Shown here one piece after another: positions 49,150 through 60,246 of a stretch of 60,246 nt of DNA (its first letter is position 1; every line of letters starts with the position of its first letter). Both the position numbers and the translations under genes were made by a program. This DNA comes from an uncultured Candidatus Kuenenia sp. (lineage in GTDB: Bacteria; Planctomycetota; Planctomycetia; Pirellulales; UBA1268), in the NCBI GenBank assembly GCA_964453165.1, contig CAYVNX010000006.1:1-60246 (forward strand), written 5' to 3'. The notes under the pieces were generated by a model that did no database searches, was not told the DNA's origin, and was given only the letters and a program-made list of their open reading frames with translations.

Positions 49150-50222
49150 TCCTGCGAGGCCGCTGCAAAGCGGCCGAGCAGGGCGGCTGCGGCGCCGCTG
49201 TCGAGGGCCTCCTCGGCGAGCGAGCGAGCGGCCGCAAGCGAAGCGGCCTTCCCTGCCGCGTGAAGCACGGCCGCAGCGTTGAGCACCACGACATCCCGCC
49301 TCGGCCCGCCTTCGCCTGCGAGCACTCCGCGGATCACCGCCGCGCTTGTCTCCGGGCCGTCCACGACGAGTTCGGCCAGCCGTTCGGAAGGCTGCGTCGC
49401 GAGGCCGAAGTCTTCGGGCGTCCAGCGATACCGGGCGGTGCCGGCGGGCGTCACGTCGATCACGTCGGTTGGGCCGAACAGACTCACTTCATCGAAGGGC
49501 TTGGGATCGAGCGTGCCGTCGGAGCGTGCAAAGAAGCCGGAGACGACGAGCGTGCGCCGGGCGCCCAACAACCGGGCGGCCTCGGCCAGCGGTTCCCGGG
49601 CGGCCGCACGCCCCACGCCGATCACCTGGACGTCGGCTCGGGCCGGATTGCAGAGCGGGCCCACCAAATTGAAGACCGTGGGCCGGCCGAGCGACTTCCG
49701 CAGCGGACCCACCCGAGCCATCGCGGGATGGTGGGCCGGTGCCAAGCAGAAGCAGATTCCAAGGTCGGCGAGGCATCCGGCGGCCACCTCCGGCGGGGCG
49801 TCGATTCGCACGCCGAGGGCGGCGAGCACGTCGGCCGAACCGGTTCGGCTGGAAACCGCGCGGTTGCCATGCTTGGCCACCGTCTGGCCAGCGGCCGCCA
49901 CGACGATCGCCGCCGCCGTCGAGATGTTGAACGAACCCGAGGCGTCGCCTCCCGTGCCGCAGGTGTCGGCCACGGTGGTCCCGACCGGCAAGCGATCACG
50001 GTCGATTGGCAGCATCCGACCCCGCAGGGCCGCAGCCACGCCCGCGATTTCAGCGGCTGTTTCCCCGACGTCGGCCAAAGCCACGAGCCAACGGCCGAAG
50101 GCGTCGAGTTCAACCGAGCCTGCCAGCACGCCCTCCACCAGCCCGCGGACCTCTGCGGCCGGCAACCGCTCGTCGCGGGCAAGGGCTGCCGCCCACCTGT
50201 CGAGATCGGCCGGAGAGAGCAT
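49146..50222 (-). CDS. trpD: Anthranilate phosphoribosyltransferase
   Basis: [43 protein letters not shown]. Confidence 0.95.
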   Translation of the reverse strand: MLSPADLDRWAAALARDERLPAAEVRGLVEGVLAGSVELDAFGRWLVALADVGETAAEIAGVAAALRGRMLPIDRDRLPVGTTVADTCGTGGDASGSFNISTAAAIVVAAAGQTVAKHGNRAVSSRTGSADVLAALGVRIDAPPEVAAGCLADLGICFCLAPAHHPAMARVGPLRKSLGRPTVFNLVGPLCNPARADVQVIGVGRAAAREPLAEAARLLGARRTLVVSGFFARSDGTLDPKPFDEVSLFGPTDVIDVTPAGTARYRWTPEDFGLATQPSERLAELVVDGPETSAAVIRGVLAGEGGPRRDVVVLNAAAVLHAAGKAASLAAARSLAEEALDSGAAAALLGRFAAASQE

Positions 50223-50257
50223 GGGCAGGTCCGGTGGTCGGGAGCGTGAAAAAATCG

Positions 50258-50370
50258 ATTGTAGCGCGGTCTGTCCTTCGCACCAAAACGTCGGTCGCAA
50301 AGCCGGGAGCGCCGCCGGACGCTCGGGCGGCGGGGTCAGGCTGACGGGCCGCGGAAGCCTGGCCTACAAT
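50258..50370. promoter_or_regulatory. Divergent promoter region with TACAAT -10 hexamers on both strands
   Basis: Minus-strand TACAAT at 50263-50258 toward trpD; plus-strand TACAAT at 50365-50370 with CTGACG 18 nt upstream. Confidence 0.45.
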
Positions 50371-50412
50371 CAATCGGTTGGCCCGAGACCCATTCGCCGA
50401 AAGTCTGCCCCC

Positions 50413-51366
50413 GTGTCGCTCCCGACCGAGCCCCGCAAGCTGATCATCGACTGTGACCCCGGCATCGACGATGCCGTGGCCCTCACGATGGCGCTGTTCG
50501 ACCCTCGGCTGGAAGTGGTGGCGGTGACGGCTGCAGCCGGCAACGTGGGGGCCGAGCAGGCCACGGCCAACCTCCAGGCTCTGGTGGCCTGCCTCGATCC
50601 CCCGCGGCTGCCGCGGATCGGCGTGGCGGCCGGGGATGCGCCGCTTCCGGCGAAGCCCTACTCGATGCACGGAGCCGACGGCCTCGGCGGGATTGATCTG
50701 CCGCGGGTTCCGCTCCATGGCGGTCATGCCTCGGAAAAGGTGATCTGGGAGTCGATCAAGGCGCACCCTCGGCAATTGACGATCGTGGCCTTGGGGCCGC
50801 TGACCAATATCTCGCGGGTCCTGCACCGGGATCCGGACATCGCCGAACTCATCGGGGCGCTCGTGATCTGCGGCGGCACGGCCCAGGGACTCGGCAACGC
50901 GAGCCCGGTGGCCGACTTCAACTTCTTCGGCGACCCGGCCGCCGCCCGCCATCTGCTGACCGAGCCGATCACGAAGACGCTCGTGCCGCTCGAGACGACG
51001 GGGCAGGTGGTCTACGACCTCGACTTCCTGGAGCGGCTGCCGCGGGAGTTCACCCGGGCCGGCCGGCTGTTGCGGCCGATGCTGGCCCACGCCTTCCGCG
51101 CCCATCGGCAGCTGCTCGGCTGCGAGGGCATCCGGCTGCACGACGTGGCCGCGCTCGTGGCGGCGACCGATCCCGACCTGTTCGAGCGGGAGACCGTGGC
51201 GGCAGACGTGGAAACGACCGGCGAACTGACCGCCGGCATGCTCGTGATCGACCGCCGCCGCAACGGCGTCTGGCGACCCAATGCCGATCTGCTCGTGGCC
51301 TGCGACGCGGTCGGGGTGCGGGATCGCGTGCTCAGGGGGCTTGCGGCCGCCGGCGAGGCCACGTGA
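50413..51366 (+). CDS. Inosine-uridine-preferring nucleoside hydrolase family
   Basis: IIDCDPGIDDA, HGADGLG, LGPLTN, DFNFFGDP, LHD. Confidence 0.92.
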   Translation: MSLPTEPRKLIIDCDPGIDDAVALTMALFDPRLEVVAVTAAAGNVGAEQATANLQALVACLDPPRLPRIGVAAGDAPLPAKPYSMHGADGLGGIDLPRVPLHGGHASEKVIWESIKAHPRQLTIVALGPLTNISRVLHRDPDIAELIGALVICGGTAQGLGNASPVADFNFFGDPAAARHLLTEPITKTLVPLETTGQVVYDLDFLERLPREFTRAGRLLRPMLAHAFRAHRQLLGCEGIRLHDVAALVAATDPDLFERETVAADVETTGELTAGMLVIDRRRNGVWRPNADLLVACDAVGVRDRVLRGLAAAGEAT

Positions 51367-51372
51367 GCCGCC

Positions 51373-52560
51373 TCACTCGAAGTCGGTCCGCCTGGCCACG
51401 GGAATCTGCAGCTCGACCCGCTCCCGATCCCGGAAGATGACCACCGGGACGGTGCGATCCACGGCCGTCATCCCCACCACGTTCATCAGGTGGTCGTCAT
51501 CCTCGATGGGGCGGCCGTCGAATTCCAGAATCACGTCGTTGGGACGAATGCCGGCTGCAGCGGCCGGCGCCCCGCCCGTGACCGACTCCACCCGGGCGCC
51601 CACCGGCCGCACCAGGCCCAGCCGATGGGCCTCGGGCTGGGTGAAATCCTTGTCGAGCCCCACGCCGAGAAAGGCACGATCGACCGCGCCGTTTTCCACC
51701 AGCTGCCGGGCGACGAACATCACCATCGACGCCGGAATCGCAAAGCCGATCCCCTCGCTGCCTCCCGAGTTGCTGGCGATGGCGGTATTGAGCCCGACCA
51801 CCTCACCGCGGAGGTTCACGAGCGGGCCGCCGCTGTTGCCAGGGTTGATCGCGGCGTCGGTCTGGATGAAATCCTGGAACCGCACCGCACCCTCGCCCAA
51901 TTCCAGATCGCGGCGGCCTTTTGCCGAGACGATGCCGAGCGTCACGGAGTGAGCCAGCCCGAACGGGCTGCCGATGGCCAGCACCATGTCGCCGATCCGC
52001 ACACCTTCGTCGTCGTCGGCGATTCGTGCCGTCTGCAGGTCGTCGGCCACGAGTTCCAGCACAGCGATGTCGGTGCCAGCGTCAGACCACGATCGGCGGG
52101 GCATGAGTTCCCGGCCGTCGTCGAGCCGAATGACGACGTCGTCGAGCTCTGCCCCCTCGACGACGTGGCGGTTGGTGATCACGACGGTTCGGCCGGCCAC
52201 CTCGGTGATCACGCCGGAGCCGGCCTCGTCCTCGGTGGTGCGGGCTCCGCGGGGCCGCGGCAGCCGCTTGGTGGCGTCGATATGCACCACCGTCGGCCGC
52301 AGCAGGTCCGAGAGCCGGCGGAGCTGTCGCGCCTGCCGTTCGAGCGGCTCGGCATCCTGGGCCGCCTGTTCATAGAGCCGTTCCCGTTCCTCTGCCGTGA
52401 GCCGAACCGGCCGCATCGGATCGATCCGGCCTTCCTCACGCTGCGTGGCTTCGATCGGCGCGAGCCTGGCCCGGCCCGGATCATCAGCCCGGGCGACACC
52501 GATCACCCAGGCGATGGCTGCCAGAGCCCATGAGGTACGGAGATCGAACCGAGGCATCAT
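51373..52560 (-). CDS. HtrA/DegQ-like serine protease with one PDZ domain
   Basis: TNRHVV, DIAVL, IGSPFGL, QTDAAINPGNSGGPL, C-terminal PDZ. Confidence 0.93.
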   Translation of the reverse strand: MMPRFDLRTSWALAAIAWVIGVARADDPGRARLAPIEATQREEGRIDPMRPVRLTAEERERLYEQAAQDAEPLERQARQLRRLSDLLRPTVVHIDATKRLPRPRGARTTEDEAGSGVITEVAGRTVVITNRHVVEGAELDDVVIRLDDGRELMPRRSWSDAGTDIAVLELVADDLQTARIADDDEGVRIGDMVLAIGSPFGLAHSVTLGIVSAKGRRDLELGEGAVRFQDFIQTDAAINPGNSGGPLVNLRGEVVGLNTAIASNSGGSEGIGFAIPASMVMFVARQLVENGAVDRAFLGVGLDKDFTQPEAHRLGLVRPVGARVESVTGGAPAAAAGIRPNDVILEFDGRPIEDDDHLMNVVGMTAVDRTVPVVIFRDRERVELQIPVARRTDFE

Positions 52561-52618
52561 GCCACGCGACTCGGGGAGGAAACTGGACCCAGCAGCGGGA
52601 GCATACCTGCCCGGAACG

Positions 52619-53029
52619 TCAGAGTTCCAGGTCGCCTCCGACGGCCTCCTCGCTCGCCTGCCGCCAGTTGCTCGCTTCGCCGGACCGCTCCAGATCCCGC
52701 TGGCAGCCGATGCACATCGTGGCATAGGGCAAAGCTTCGAGTCGTGCCAGCGGAATTCGTCCGCTGCAGACCTCGCACTGTCCATAGCTGCCTTCTTTCA
52801 TCCGCTCCAGGGCGTTCTCGATGTGGGCAAGTTCGCGACTCTCCACCTCGGCCAACTGCGAGTTGATCTCGTCCTGAGCCGAGTCATAGGCCGCGTCCAC
52901 GAGATCCCCGACCGACTCGCTTCGAAGTTCCTTCAAAAGCGTGAGATCCCCGGCCAATGCGCTCCGCAGGGCGTCCCGTCGCTTGACGAGGATCGCCCGC
53001 ATGTTCGTGAGTGCGTCTTTTCGTGCCAT
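52619..53029 (-). CDS. dksA: DksA/TraR C4 zinc-finger protein
   Basis: Coiled-coil tip DLVDAA (DxxDxA), YGQCEVC...RLEALP...CIGC. Confidence 0.85.
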   Translation of the reverse strand: MARKDALTNMRAILVKRRDALRSALAGDLTLLKELRSESVGDLVDAAYDSAQDEINSQLAEVESRELAHIENALERMKEGSYGQCEVCSGRIPLARLEALPYATMCIGCQRDLERSGEASNWRQASEEAVGGDLEL

Positions 53030-53263
53030 GATGCCGCTTCCTCCTCGACCCCTTCGGCGCCGCCCCTGAAATTCACCGCCGCCCGGGATCGCAGCGAATA
53101 CTACGGGGGCCAGGGCAGGATGGTTCGCGGAGGAAAAATCGGCAGGCAAATTCCCCGAAATCCAGCGAAGTGCGATTTCGACAGTTGGCGGGAGCCGGGC
53201 CGACTTTGCCGCCAGGAGGGGGGGCATGGCTTGGCCGCCCGGCCAAGCCGGCCGCCATCGGCC

Positions 53264-54487
53264 TCACTCCTGCCCCGCTGGGGCGGCGAAGCACCAGATC
53301 GTGCCGTCGTCGGAAGCGATCACCACCCGGCCCTTTGCCACGGCGGCCCCGCCGCCAAACCCACCGCCAGCCTCGAATTCCCAGACCGGTTCACCCGTCG
53401 CGGCGTCGAGCAGGGCGACGGTGCCCCGGGCGTCAGCGATCACGGCCGCCTCCCGCGGCAGTCCGCCAGAAGCGGGCGCGAGGCCCACGATCACCGGCGA
53501 GGCATCGACCCGCCCGCGGCGGGGTTGCCGCCAGACTGGGGTGCCGGTCGCGACCTTGAAGGCTTCGACGGCGCGTCCGCGGGAGCCTACGATCGCCACT
53601 CCATCGGCAAGCCCCGCGCTCGAGCGGTAGGCCTGAGCCGAGGTGGCGGGCCGCTTCTGCCAGGCGATCTCGGCCTTCATGAAGTCGATCGCGAAGAACT
53701 CGCCCCCCTCGGTGCCAAACAGTACGAGGTCGCCGCTGACGGCAGGCGTCGTGCCCGTGGGGCCGCCGATCTCGACGGTGGCCCGCTCCTCGCCGGTCGC
53801 CGCGTCGATCACGTGGAGGCGTCCGTCGCAGCCGGCGAGGAAGATGCGGTCCCCATCTGCCGTGCGGGCCACCGTCGGGCCGCATCGAATCTGATCGGCG
53901 ATCGAATGGGTCCAGAGCCGCTTGCCGGTGGCCAGATCGAGGCAGGAGAGCGAGGCGTCTTGCGAACCGACGAGCACCCGCGGGCCGTCCGCCGTGGGGA
54001 GGATCGTCGGCCCACCGGAGATCTCACCTTCGGTGGCATACTCCCAGCGGGACTCCCCCGTCGCCCGGTCGAGGCCGCGGACGATGCCAAGATCGTCGCC
54101 GACGACGAGCGGAAGCCGAGAATCTTCGGCCAGGGCCGCGGCCGAGGGAAATCCGGCCTGCTCGATCGTGCGGGTCCAGCGGGTCTCGCCCGTGGTCAGA
54201 TCGAGTGCATAAAAGTGGCCATCGAGATCGCCCAGGAACACGACCCCGTCGGCAATCACCGGCACGGCAGCAAAGGCTGCACCGGGGAAGTCCCGCCGCC
54301 ACGCCTCGTCGAGCGGCGGGGACAGCACGGCTGCCGATCGGCCCGTGCCGGAGAGGGAGCCTCGGGCCATCGGCCAGGCGTCGGCCGGCGCGGTGTCTAG
54401 CCCGTCGGCATGGCTCGTGCCGATCGCGACAGCAAGCACCCAGGCCAGCGCGAGGGTCGGGCGACTGAATTCCGCCGCGTGGCTCAT
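53264..54487 (-). CDS. Exported PQQ-binding-like beta-propeller protein
   Basis: Signal peptide, WPMARG, repeated LD..TG...W blades. Confidence 0.85.
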   Translation of the reverse strand: MSHAAEFSRPTLALAWVLAVAIGTSHADGLDTAPADAWPMARGSLSGTGRSAAVLSPPLDEAWRRDFPGAAFAAVPVIADGVVFLGDLDGHFYALDLTTGETRWTRTIEQAGFPSAAALAEDSRLPLVVGDDLGIVRGLDRATGESRWEYATEGEISGGPTILPTADGPRVLVGSQDASLSCLDLATGKRLWTHSIADQIRCGPTVARTADGDRIFLAGCDGRLHVIDAATGEERATVEIGGPTGTTPAVSGDLVLFGTEGGEFFAIDFMKAEIAWQKRPATSAQAYRSSAGLADGVAIVGSRGRAVEAFKVATGTPVWRQPRRGRVDASPVIVGLAPASGGLPREAAVIADARGTVALLDAATGEPVWEFEAGGGFGGGAAVAKGRVVIASDDGTIWCFAAPAGQE

Positions 54488-55656
54488 GCTGCCGCCTCGT
54501 AGAGCCGAGCCAGATCCATCGCCGCGACCGGCCGCGGATTGAACCGCGCGGTCCACTGCTCCGCCGCGGCGGCCGCGAGCGTCTCGACGTCGGCCGCGGG
54601 AATGCCGGCGGCCGCGAGGTTCACGGGAAGATCGCCGGCGACGAGCAGGGCGGTGAGTTGCGTGGCGAGGGATTCGCCCGCAGCCGACGGACTCAGGCCG
54701 CCATTCCCGACCGCTGCGAGCAGGTCAGCGTAGAGGTCGCCAACGATCGCTGCGTTGAACCGCACGACATGCGGCAGCAGCAGGCCCACGGCCCGGCCAT
54801 GCGTGAGCCCGTACGTGGCCGTCAGCGGGTTGGCCAGCGCGTGGGCCGCGCCCAGCATGGAGTTTTCGATCGCCAGCCCCGCCAGCGCGGCGGCCCACTG
54901 CACGGCAGCCCGGGCCTTGATGCTCGTATCGGGCCCCAACACGGTCGGCAGATGGGTGGACAGCAGCCGCCAGGCCTCGCGGGAGTAGACACGGGAGGCC
55001 GGGGTGGCCGCCAGGCAGACGTGGCTCTCGACGGCGTGGGCCACTGCGTCGATTCCGCCGATCGCCACCAGCGATCGGGGCTGCGTGAGCGTGAGATTGA
55101 CGTCGAGGATCGCCACGCGGAAGGCGGCCCGCGGATCGCCGCAGGCCATCTTCAGGCCCGTGTCGGCGTCGGTGATCAGCGCGAAGGATTGCGTTTCGCT
55201 GCCCGTGCCGGCGGTGGTGGGCACGCCGATCGAGGGCAGAAGCGGGCCGGTAGCCGTGCCGCGGCCTTTGTAGTCCTGCATCCTGCCGCCGCATGACAGG
55301 AGGAAGTTGATGCCCTTGGCCATGTCCATCGAACTGCCACCGCCGAGGCCGACGAGCAGATCGGGAGCGAAGTCGCGGGCGAACGCCGTGCCTTCTTCCA
55401 CCTCGGTGGAGGAAGGGTTTTCGCCGAACGCCGAGAAGACCAGCGGCTCGATGCCCGCGTTGGCGAGCGCTTCCGCTGCGGCCGCCACGTGACCGGCCTC
55501 GACCACGCCCTGGTCGCTCGTGAGGAGCACGCGGCTGCCGCCGAGTTCGCGAACGAGTCGGCCGAGTTCGCTCAGCCGGCCGGGGCCGACCACGAGCCGG
55601 GGCCCGGGGCGACACTCGAAGTCGGCCAGCATGGTGCCAGCGAGACAAGCCATCAC
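54484..55656 (-). CDS. Iron-containing alcohol dehydrogenase
   Basis: GLGGGSSMD, PTTAGTGSE, DAVAHAVE, GAAHALA...HG. Confidence 0.92.
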   Translation of the reverse strand: MMACLAGTMLADFECRPGPRLVVGPGRLSELGRLVRELGGSRVLLTSDQGVVEAGHVAAAAEALANAGIEPLVFSAFGENPSSTEVEEGTAFARDFAPDLLVGLGGGSSMDMAKGINFLLSCGGRMQDYKGRGTATGPLLPSIGVPTTAGTGSETQSFALITDADTGLKMACGDPRAAFRVAILDVNLTLTQPRSLVAIGGIDAVAHAVESHVCLAATPASRVYSREAWRLLSTHLPTVLGPDTSIKARAAVQWAAALAGLAIENSMLGAAHALANPLTATYGLTHGRAVGLLLPHVVRFNAAIVGDLYADLLAAVGNGGLSPSAAGESLATQLTALLVAGDLPVNLAAAGIPAADVETLAAAAAEQWTARFNPRPVAAMDLARLYEAAA

Positions 55657-55665
55657 GAGCCTCGC

Positions 55666-57129
55666 CTACGTTCGTGCCGCGAGGGCTTCCTGCCTGCCTG
55701 GCTCACCTTTGTTGGGCGCCACCTGCAGCGCCCGGGAGCGGTACAGAAACTCGATGATGTTGCCCTCGTGCGGCTGGAGCCAATCGAGCTTCGTGGTGGG
55801 CAGCGGCCCGAAGTTGAGCCGGTCGATCTGCGTGCAGTCGATCAACTGCCGCTGGAAGTCTTCGTCGTTCGTGATCGCCGTGCCGACGAGTGTGGGGCCG
55901 ATGGCCTCGAGCATCTTCGCCTGGGGACATTCGACCACGGTCACGAACGGAAACATGTACTCCGCCCGGGCGATCTCGGGCTCTGGGCTCGAGCAGTGTG
56001 CCACGACGGGCCGCAGCCAGCCGCACCGCTCGCCCTCCACGAACCGGTCGCCGTAATCGGCCGTGGTATGGCTCACGCCTGGGGCCGAGAGGAGTCCCTC
56101 GATTTGGCCCCAGATCGCCTTGGCCGCGCCCGGAATGGTGAACGCGGCGAGTTTGGCCTCGGGATCGTCGGGCGGTTTGACCTCGATCGGGCCGAGTCGC
56201 TCGGCCAACGCCGCGGCGATCTCGCGGGTGTGGCGGCTCGCGTAGATTGCCGAGGTATTGATGCAGCCGCGGCCGCTGTTGATCGCCACGCTTTCCGCCA
56301 TGACGTCGAGGTGTTCCCGCCAGTCGTCCACGCAGTCATCGCCGAGGATGATCTTGGAGAAGCCGGGGCCGTGGACCTGCACCTTCGGATTGCCCCGATA
56401 CTGTTCGACGGTCTTGGCGCTGCCGAAGATCATGCTTCGGCCGCAGCCCGCGAGCACGGCGGCACCGACGTCGGTCGCTCCCGGATAGAGGCCGATCGCT
56501 TCTGCGGGAATGCCCGCCTCGACCATTGCGGCCGCCATGCGGTAGGGCGTCCAGGGTTCCTGGCTGCCCGGCTTCATCACGAGGCCCACGCCGAGGGCGA
56601 CCACCGGCAGCCAGAGCGTATGGACCCCGGGTGAGTTCGACGGGAGCACGAGGCCGAGCACGGGGGAGGCGGCTTGGTAACTGACCGTGACGCCGCGGTG
56701 CTCCACGCCGTAGCCCTGCCAGAGGATCTTCGGGTCGAGGCCGCGGGACAGGGCGTCGAGGATCCGATCCATGTTCGAGAGCACGAACATGTTCTTCTGC
56801 ATGTTGGCCCGGCAGAGGCTCTCGGGCAGCCCCGTCGTGGCCGACTGCTGCTTGACGAAATCTTCGGGCGCCTGCCGCGAGTCGCCCACCGTGAGCGTGC
56901 CGTGGGCGTAGAGGTTCCCCGCGGTCTGCAGCCGCTCGACGATCTCCTCCGGGTCCATCGCCAGAAGCGCGCGGCGGGCCGCCGCGGACGACTTCGCCAG
57001 ATCGCGGCCGAGCATGGCCCCGCCCACCTGGCTCACCTCGGCGACGGGCTCACCGGTCAGGAAATGCACGAGCGTGTCCCGCTCGAGCGACTCATACGGC
57101 TTGCCGAACCGCCAGGCTGGAAGATGCAT
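55666..57129 (-). CDS. Atypical (acylating/LuxC- or EhpG-like) aldehyde dehydrogenase family protein
   Basis: LPSNSPG, MKPGS, NSGRGCIN (catalytic Cys), EYMFP; ELGG replaced by HGPG. Confidence 0.8.
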   Translation of the reverse strand: MHLPAWRFGKPYESLERDTLVHFLTGEPVAEVSQVGGAMLGRDLAKSSAAARRALLAMDPEEIVERLQTAGNLYAHGTLTVGDSRQAPEDFVKQQSATTGLPESLCRANMQKNMFVLSNMDRILDALSRGLDPKILWQGYGVEHRGVTVSYQAASPVLGLVLPSNSPGVHTLWLPVVALGVGLVMKPGSQEPWTPYRMAAAMVEAGIPAEAIGLYPGATDVGAAVLAGCGRSMIFGSAKTVEQYRGNPKVQVHGPGFSKIILGDDCVDDWREHLDVMAESVAINSGRGCINTSAIYASRHTREIAAALAERLGPIEVKPPDDPEAKLAAFTIPGAAKAIWGQIEGLLSAPGVSHTTADYGDRFVEGERCGWLRPVVAHCSSPEPEIARAEYMFPFVTVVECPQAKMLEAIGPTLVGTAITNDEDFQRQLIDCTQIDRLNFGPLPTTKLDWLQPHEGNIIEFLYRSRALQVAPNKGEPGRQEALAART

Positions 57130-57133
57130 CGAT

Positions 57134-57248
57134 ATGGCCTCTCTGGTTTGCTGCAGCCGGGCAGGAAGCCCGGCGTGGCGAACGAGGGCGACCTTGGCTC
57201 GCCCTCCGTTCGCCGAAGGCTGCAGAGGCCATGGATGGCCCTGCAGCC
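57134..57248 (-). promoter_or_regulatory. Structured intergenic RNA: three hairpins with an alternative pairing that covers the downstream SD
   Basis: Stems 57218-57248, 57177-57214, 57156-57174; 57224-57232 is the exact reverse complement of 57134-57142. Confidence 0.5.
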
Positions 57249-57256
57249 GTAAAAAA

Positions 57257-58387
<1,131 letters not shown>

Positions 58388-58417
58388 GGCACCGTGCTGG
58401 AGTGACGGAGGGAAGGA

Positions 58418-58888
58418 TCAGCCTTCGGACGACTGTCCCGGAGGCTGGGGGAGTGGGGCACCGAGTTGGGCAAGCAACTGGAGCACGCCGTTGAAGTGGG
58501 CGAGCCGGGGGCCGTAGCGGTCGATGAATTCGCCGAGCGCATAGTCGCTGTCCGAGAAGTCTTCGGCGTTTTCGGCGGCCTCTTCGGCGATGCCCGAGAG
58601 GAACTCCGTATGCACGCGGGCGAGTGACTCGGCGGCCTTGCGGCAGGCCTTCGAAAGCTGAGGGTTGGCCTCTTTCCAGGCTCTGAGCTCGGCGTTTCGC
58701 TGCCGGTGCTGGAGCGAGACCTGGGCGAGGATCTCCAGGAGCAGCTCAGACTGCTTGCCGCCCTCTTCGACGAGTTGCCGCAACAGCAGGTTCGTCTCGG
58801 TGAGATCGCCCGTCGGCGCGGGGCGGCCGGTCGTCGGTGCGCCAGCGGAGATGTCGACCTGGGTGAAGAAGGGGAAGTCGTCGGCCAT
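58418..58888 (-). CDS. Hypothetical helical protein
   Basis: Protein-like ORF co-oriented with the operon; EFIDRYGPRLAHFNG. Confidence 0.7.
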   Translation of the reverse strand: MADDFPFFTQVDISAGAPTTGRPAPTGDLTETNLLLRQLVEEGGKQSELLLEILAQVSLQHRQRNAELRAWKEANPQLSKACRKAAESLARVHTEFLSGIAEEAAENAEDFSDSDYALGEFIDRYGPRLAHFNGVLQLLAQLGAPLPQPPGQSSEG

Positions 58889-59149
58889 GACTGTTCTCTG
58901 GAAGGAAGTCGGCCCACCGTGGGATTCGCTCTATCGTAGGCAGAGTCGCCGCCGACCGCCATGAGCTGGAGGCCAGGCCGGGCAATCGGCAGGGCTTCGC
59001 CAGCTTGCCAGGAACGCTCGAGCCGCACGGTGCCGCCGGGGGATCGCACCCGGCCCGGCCCGCTGCTTCAAGTGGCTGACAGGTTTGCCCGATGGATGGG
59101 AGGGCGAGTCGCAGGGAAGCGACCCGTGGACGGAACCAGGGAAACGTCT

Positions 59150-59659
59150 ATGCAGCAGGAGGCGGACGGGCCCGGAAATGTGGCGTTCGGGTTTCTCACG
59201 GCGGTCGATTCGCCGGCCCACGGGCTGTTCGGCGGCTATCTCGTGGTTGACGGCCTCGGCCGTCCGCTCGAGTTCCACTGCACGGCTCCGGTCAAGGTCT
59301 CGCGGGCTCAGCAGATCCTCTACGGTCCGACGCTCCATGGACATCTTCACGGCCGGCAGATCGGCGGTGCGTTGCTGGCGGAGGGCAAGGCCGACGCGGC
59401 GGTCGTTTTGACCGACCTCGAGTCGATGCTGCATGTGAGGCCGCACACGAGCCTGCCGGTGGCGCTCGTCCGGCGGAGCGACGAAGCGACCGCCCTCACG
59501 GGCATCGTTTTCGGTGACGCGGTCGTGAGCCCCCATGCCGCCGACGCCGAGCGGGCCGCCGAGCTTGAAGAGCAGCTCGCCGCGCTGGCCGCGGCGGTCG
59601 ACCTCTGCGAACCCTTCGAGCGAATTCGGGCGGCGCTCGAAGAGGCCCAGCGGCACTGA
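59150..59659 (+). CDS. Hypothetical protein
   Basis: Protein-like ORF: FGGYLVVDGLGRPLEFHCTAPV...QQILYG...DLCEPFERIR. Confidence 0.7.
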   Translation: MQQEADGPGNVAFGFLTAVDSPAHGLFGGYLVVDGLGRPLEFHCTAPVKVSRAQQILYGPTLHGHLHGRQIGGALLAEGKADAAVVLTDLESMLHVRPHTSLPVALVRRSDEATALTGIVFGDAVVSPHAADAERAAELEEQLAALAAAVDLCEPFERIRAALEEAQRH

Positions 59660-59685
59660 GCGTGGCAGCGAGTCGGGGAGAGAAC

Positions 59686-60246
59686 ATGGCCGTCGAACCA
59701 GCCCCCGGGGCCGCGGAGCCTGGCGTGACCTCATGGCCTCCGGAGGCGCTCGTCGTACCTCCCGCGGCCGTTGCCTCCACGCACGGCTTCGAGCTGCCGG
59801 AACCGCCCGCCTTGCGGCTACCCGTGGCGACGCCCGTGCCGGCGGTGGTGGCTGTCGAGTTGTTGCCGCAGCGGCCGCGGGTGCAAAGCCATCTCTTCGC
59901 CCGGCCTACGGCGCCGCCGCCGGCGAGGTCGAGCGACGGTGCCCGCGCCGCGTTGGTGGTAGCCGGAGGCCCGAGCCGGCCGCTTCAGGATCGCGGCTCC
60001 GATGGCGCTGGCCCGCAGCCGCCGCGGACGCGGATCACGCCGCCGAAAGACGTCGTCAAGCTCTCCGAGCGGTTCTTCTATTTATTGCAGCCGGATCTCG
60101 AGACCACCCTCCGATCGGCGCGGCTCGAGTTTCCCCGGCAGCCCTTCCCGTTTCAGCTGGAAGGCATGGCCTTTCTCGTCCCGCGGCATGCCGCCGTGCT
60201 CGCCGACGAGATGGGGCTCGGCAAGTCGATGCAGGCGATCTCGTCG
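59686..60246 (+). CDS. SNF2-family DEAD/DEAH helicase (5' part; runs off window)
   Basis: Open to the window end; PFPFQLEG (Q motif), VLADEMGLGKS (Walker A). Confidence 0.85.
   Translation, partial: MAVEPAPGAAEPGVTSWPPEALVVPPAAVASTHGFELPEPPALRLPVATPVPAVVAVELLPQRPRVQSHLFARPTAPPPARSSDGARAALVVAGGPSRPLQDRGSDGAGPQPPRTRITPPKDVVKLSERFFYLLQPDLETTLRSARLEFPRQPFPFQLEGMAFLVPRHAAVLADEMGLGKSMQAISS

Noticed and set aside
49279-50412. Apparent 695-aa nucleoside hydrolase fusion
   Set aside because: The extension overlaps trpD on the opposite strand; the likely start is GTG 50413.

Overview
GC-rich bacterial DNA, almost certainly from a planctomycete (Pirellulales-like): three DUF1559 prepilin-type genes, a DUF1592/DUF1552 pair, a PVC-type heme-binding CxxCH protein, a LEPR-XLL-like surface protein and five PEP-CTERM-type proteins. 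Content in order: a sugar-acid uptake/oxidation cluster (GntP permease, Zn-dehydrogenase, SDR); a nucleotidyltransferase-like gene coupled to a small ORF; a block of exported proteins (cytochrome c/DUF1552, YyaL-like thioredoxin, CRTAC1/ASPIC, vanadium haloperoxidase); PEP-CTERM glycan-active surface proteins and DUF1559/lipoprotein pairs; a rhamnose-glycan locus (GH106, CE12, permease, rhaA, degenerate galactokinase-like gene); a GH30 surface enzyme followed by a collapsed gene-cluster remnant; then copA-like ATPase, trpD, nucleoside hydrolase, HtrA, DksA-like, an EhpF/LuxE-like + acylating ALDH + Fe-ADH + PQQ-propeller operon and a partial SNF2 helicase. The most unusual features are: (1) a 1463-aa ORF with an INTERNAL PEP-CTERM sorting signal followed directly by a second signal-peptide-like segment and a second enzyme, a candidate exosortase/signal-peptidase-processed polyprotein; (2) a three-hairpin intergenic RNA with mutually exclusive anti-SD pairing inside the EhpF-like operon; (3) a 740-bp mosaic of four gene fragments; (4) a REP-like doublet with compensatory stem changes. 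No rRNA, tRNA, CRISPR array or transposase was seen. All family calls are by motif recognition, not database search, and start codons are best estimates.
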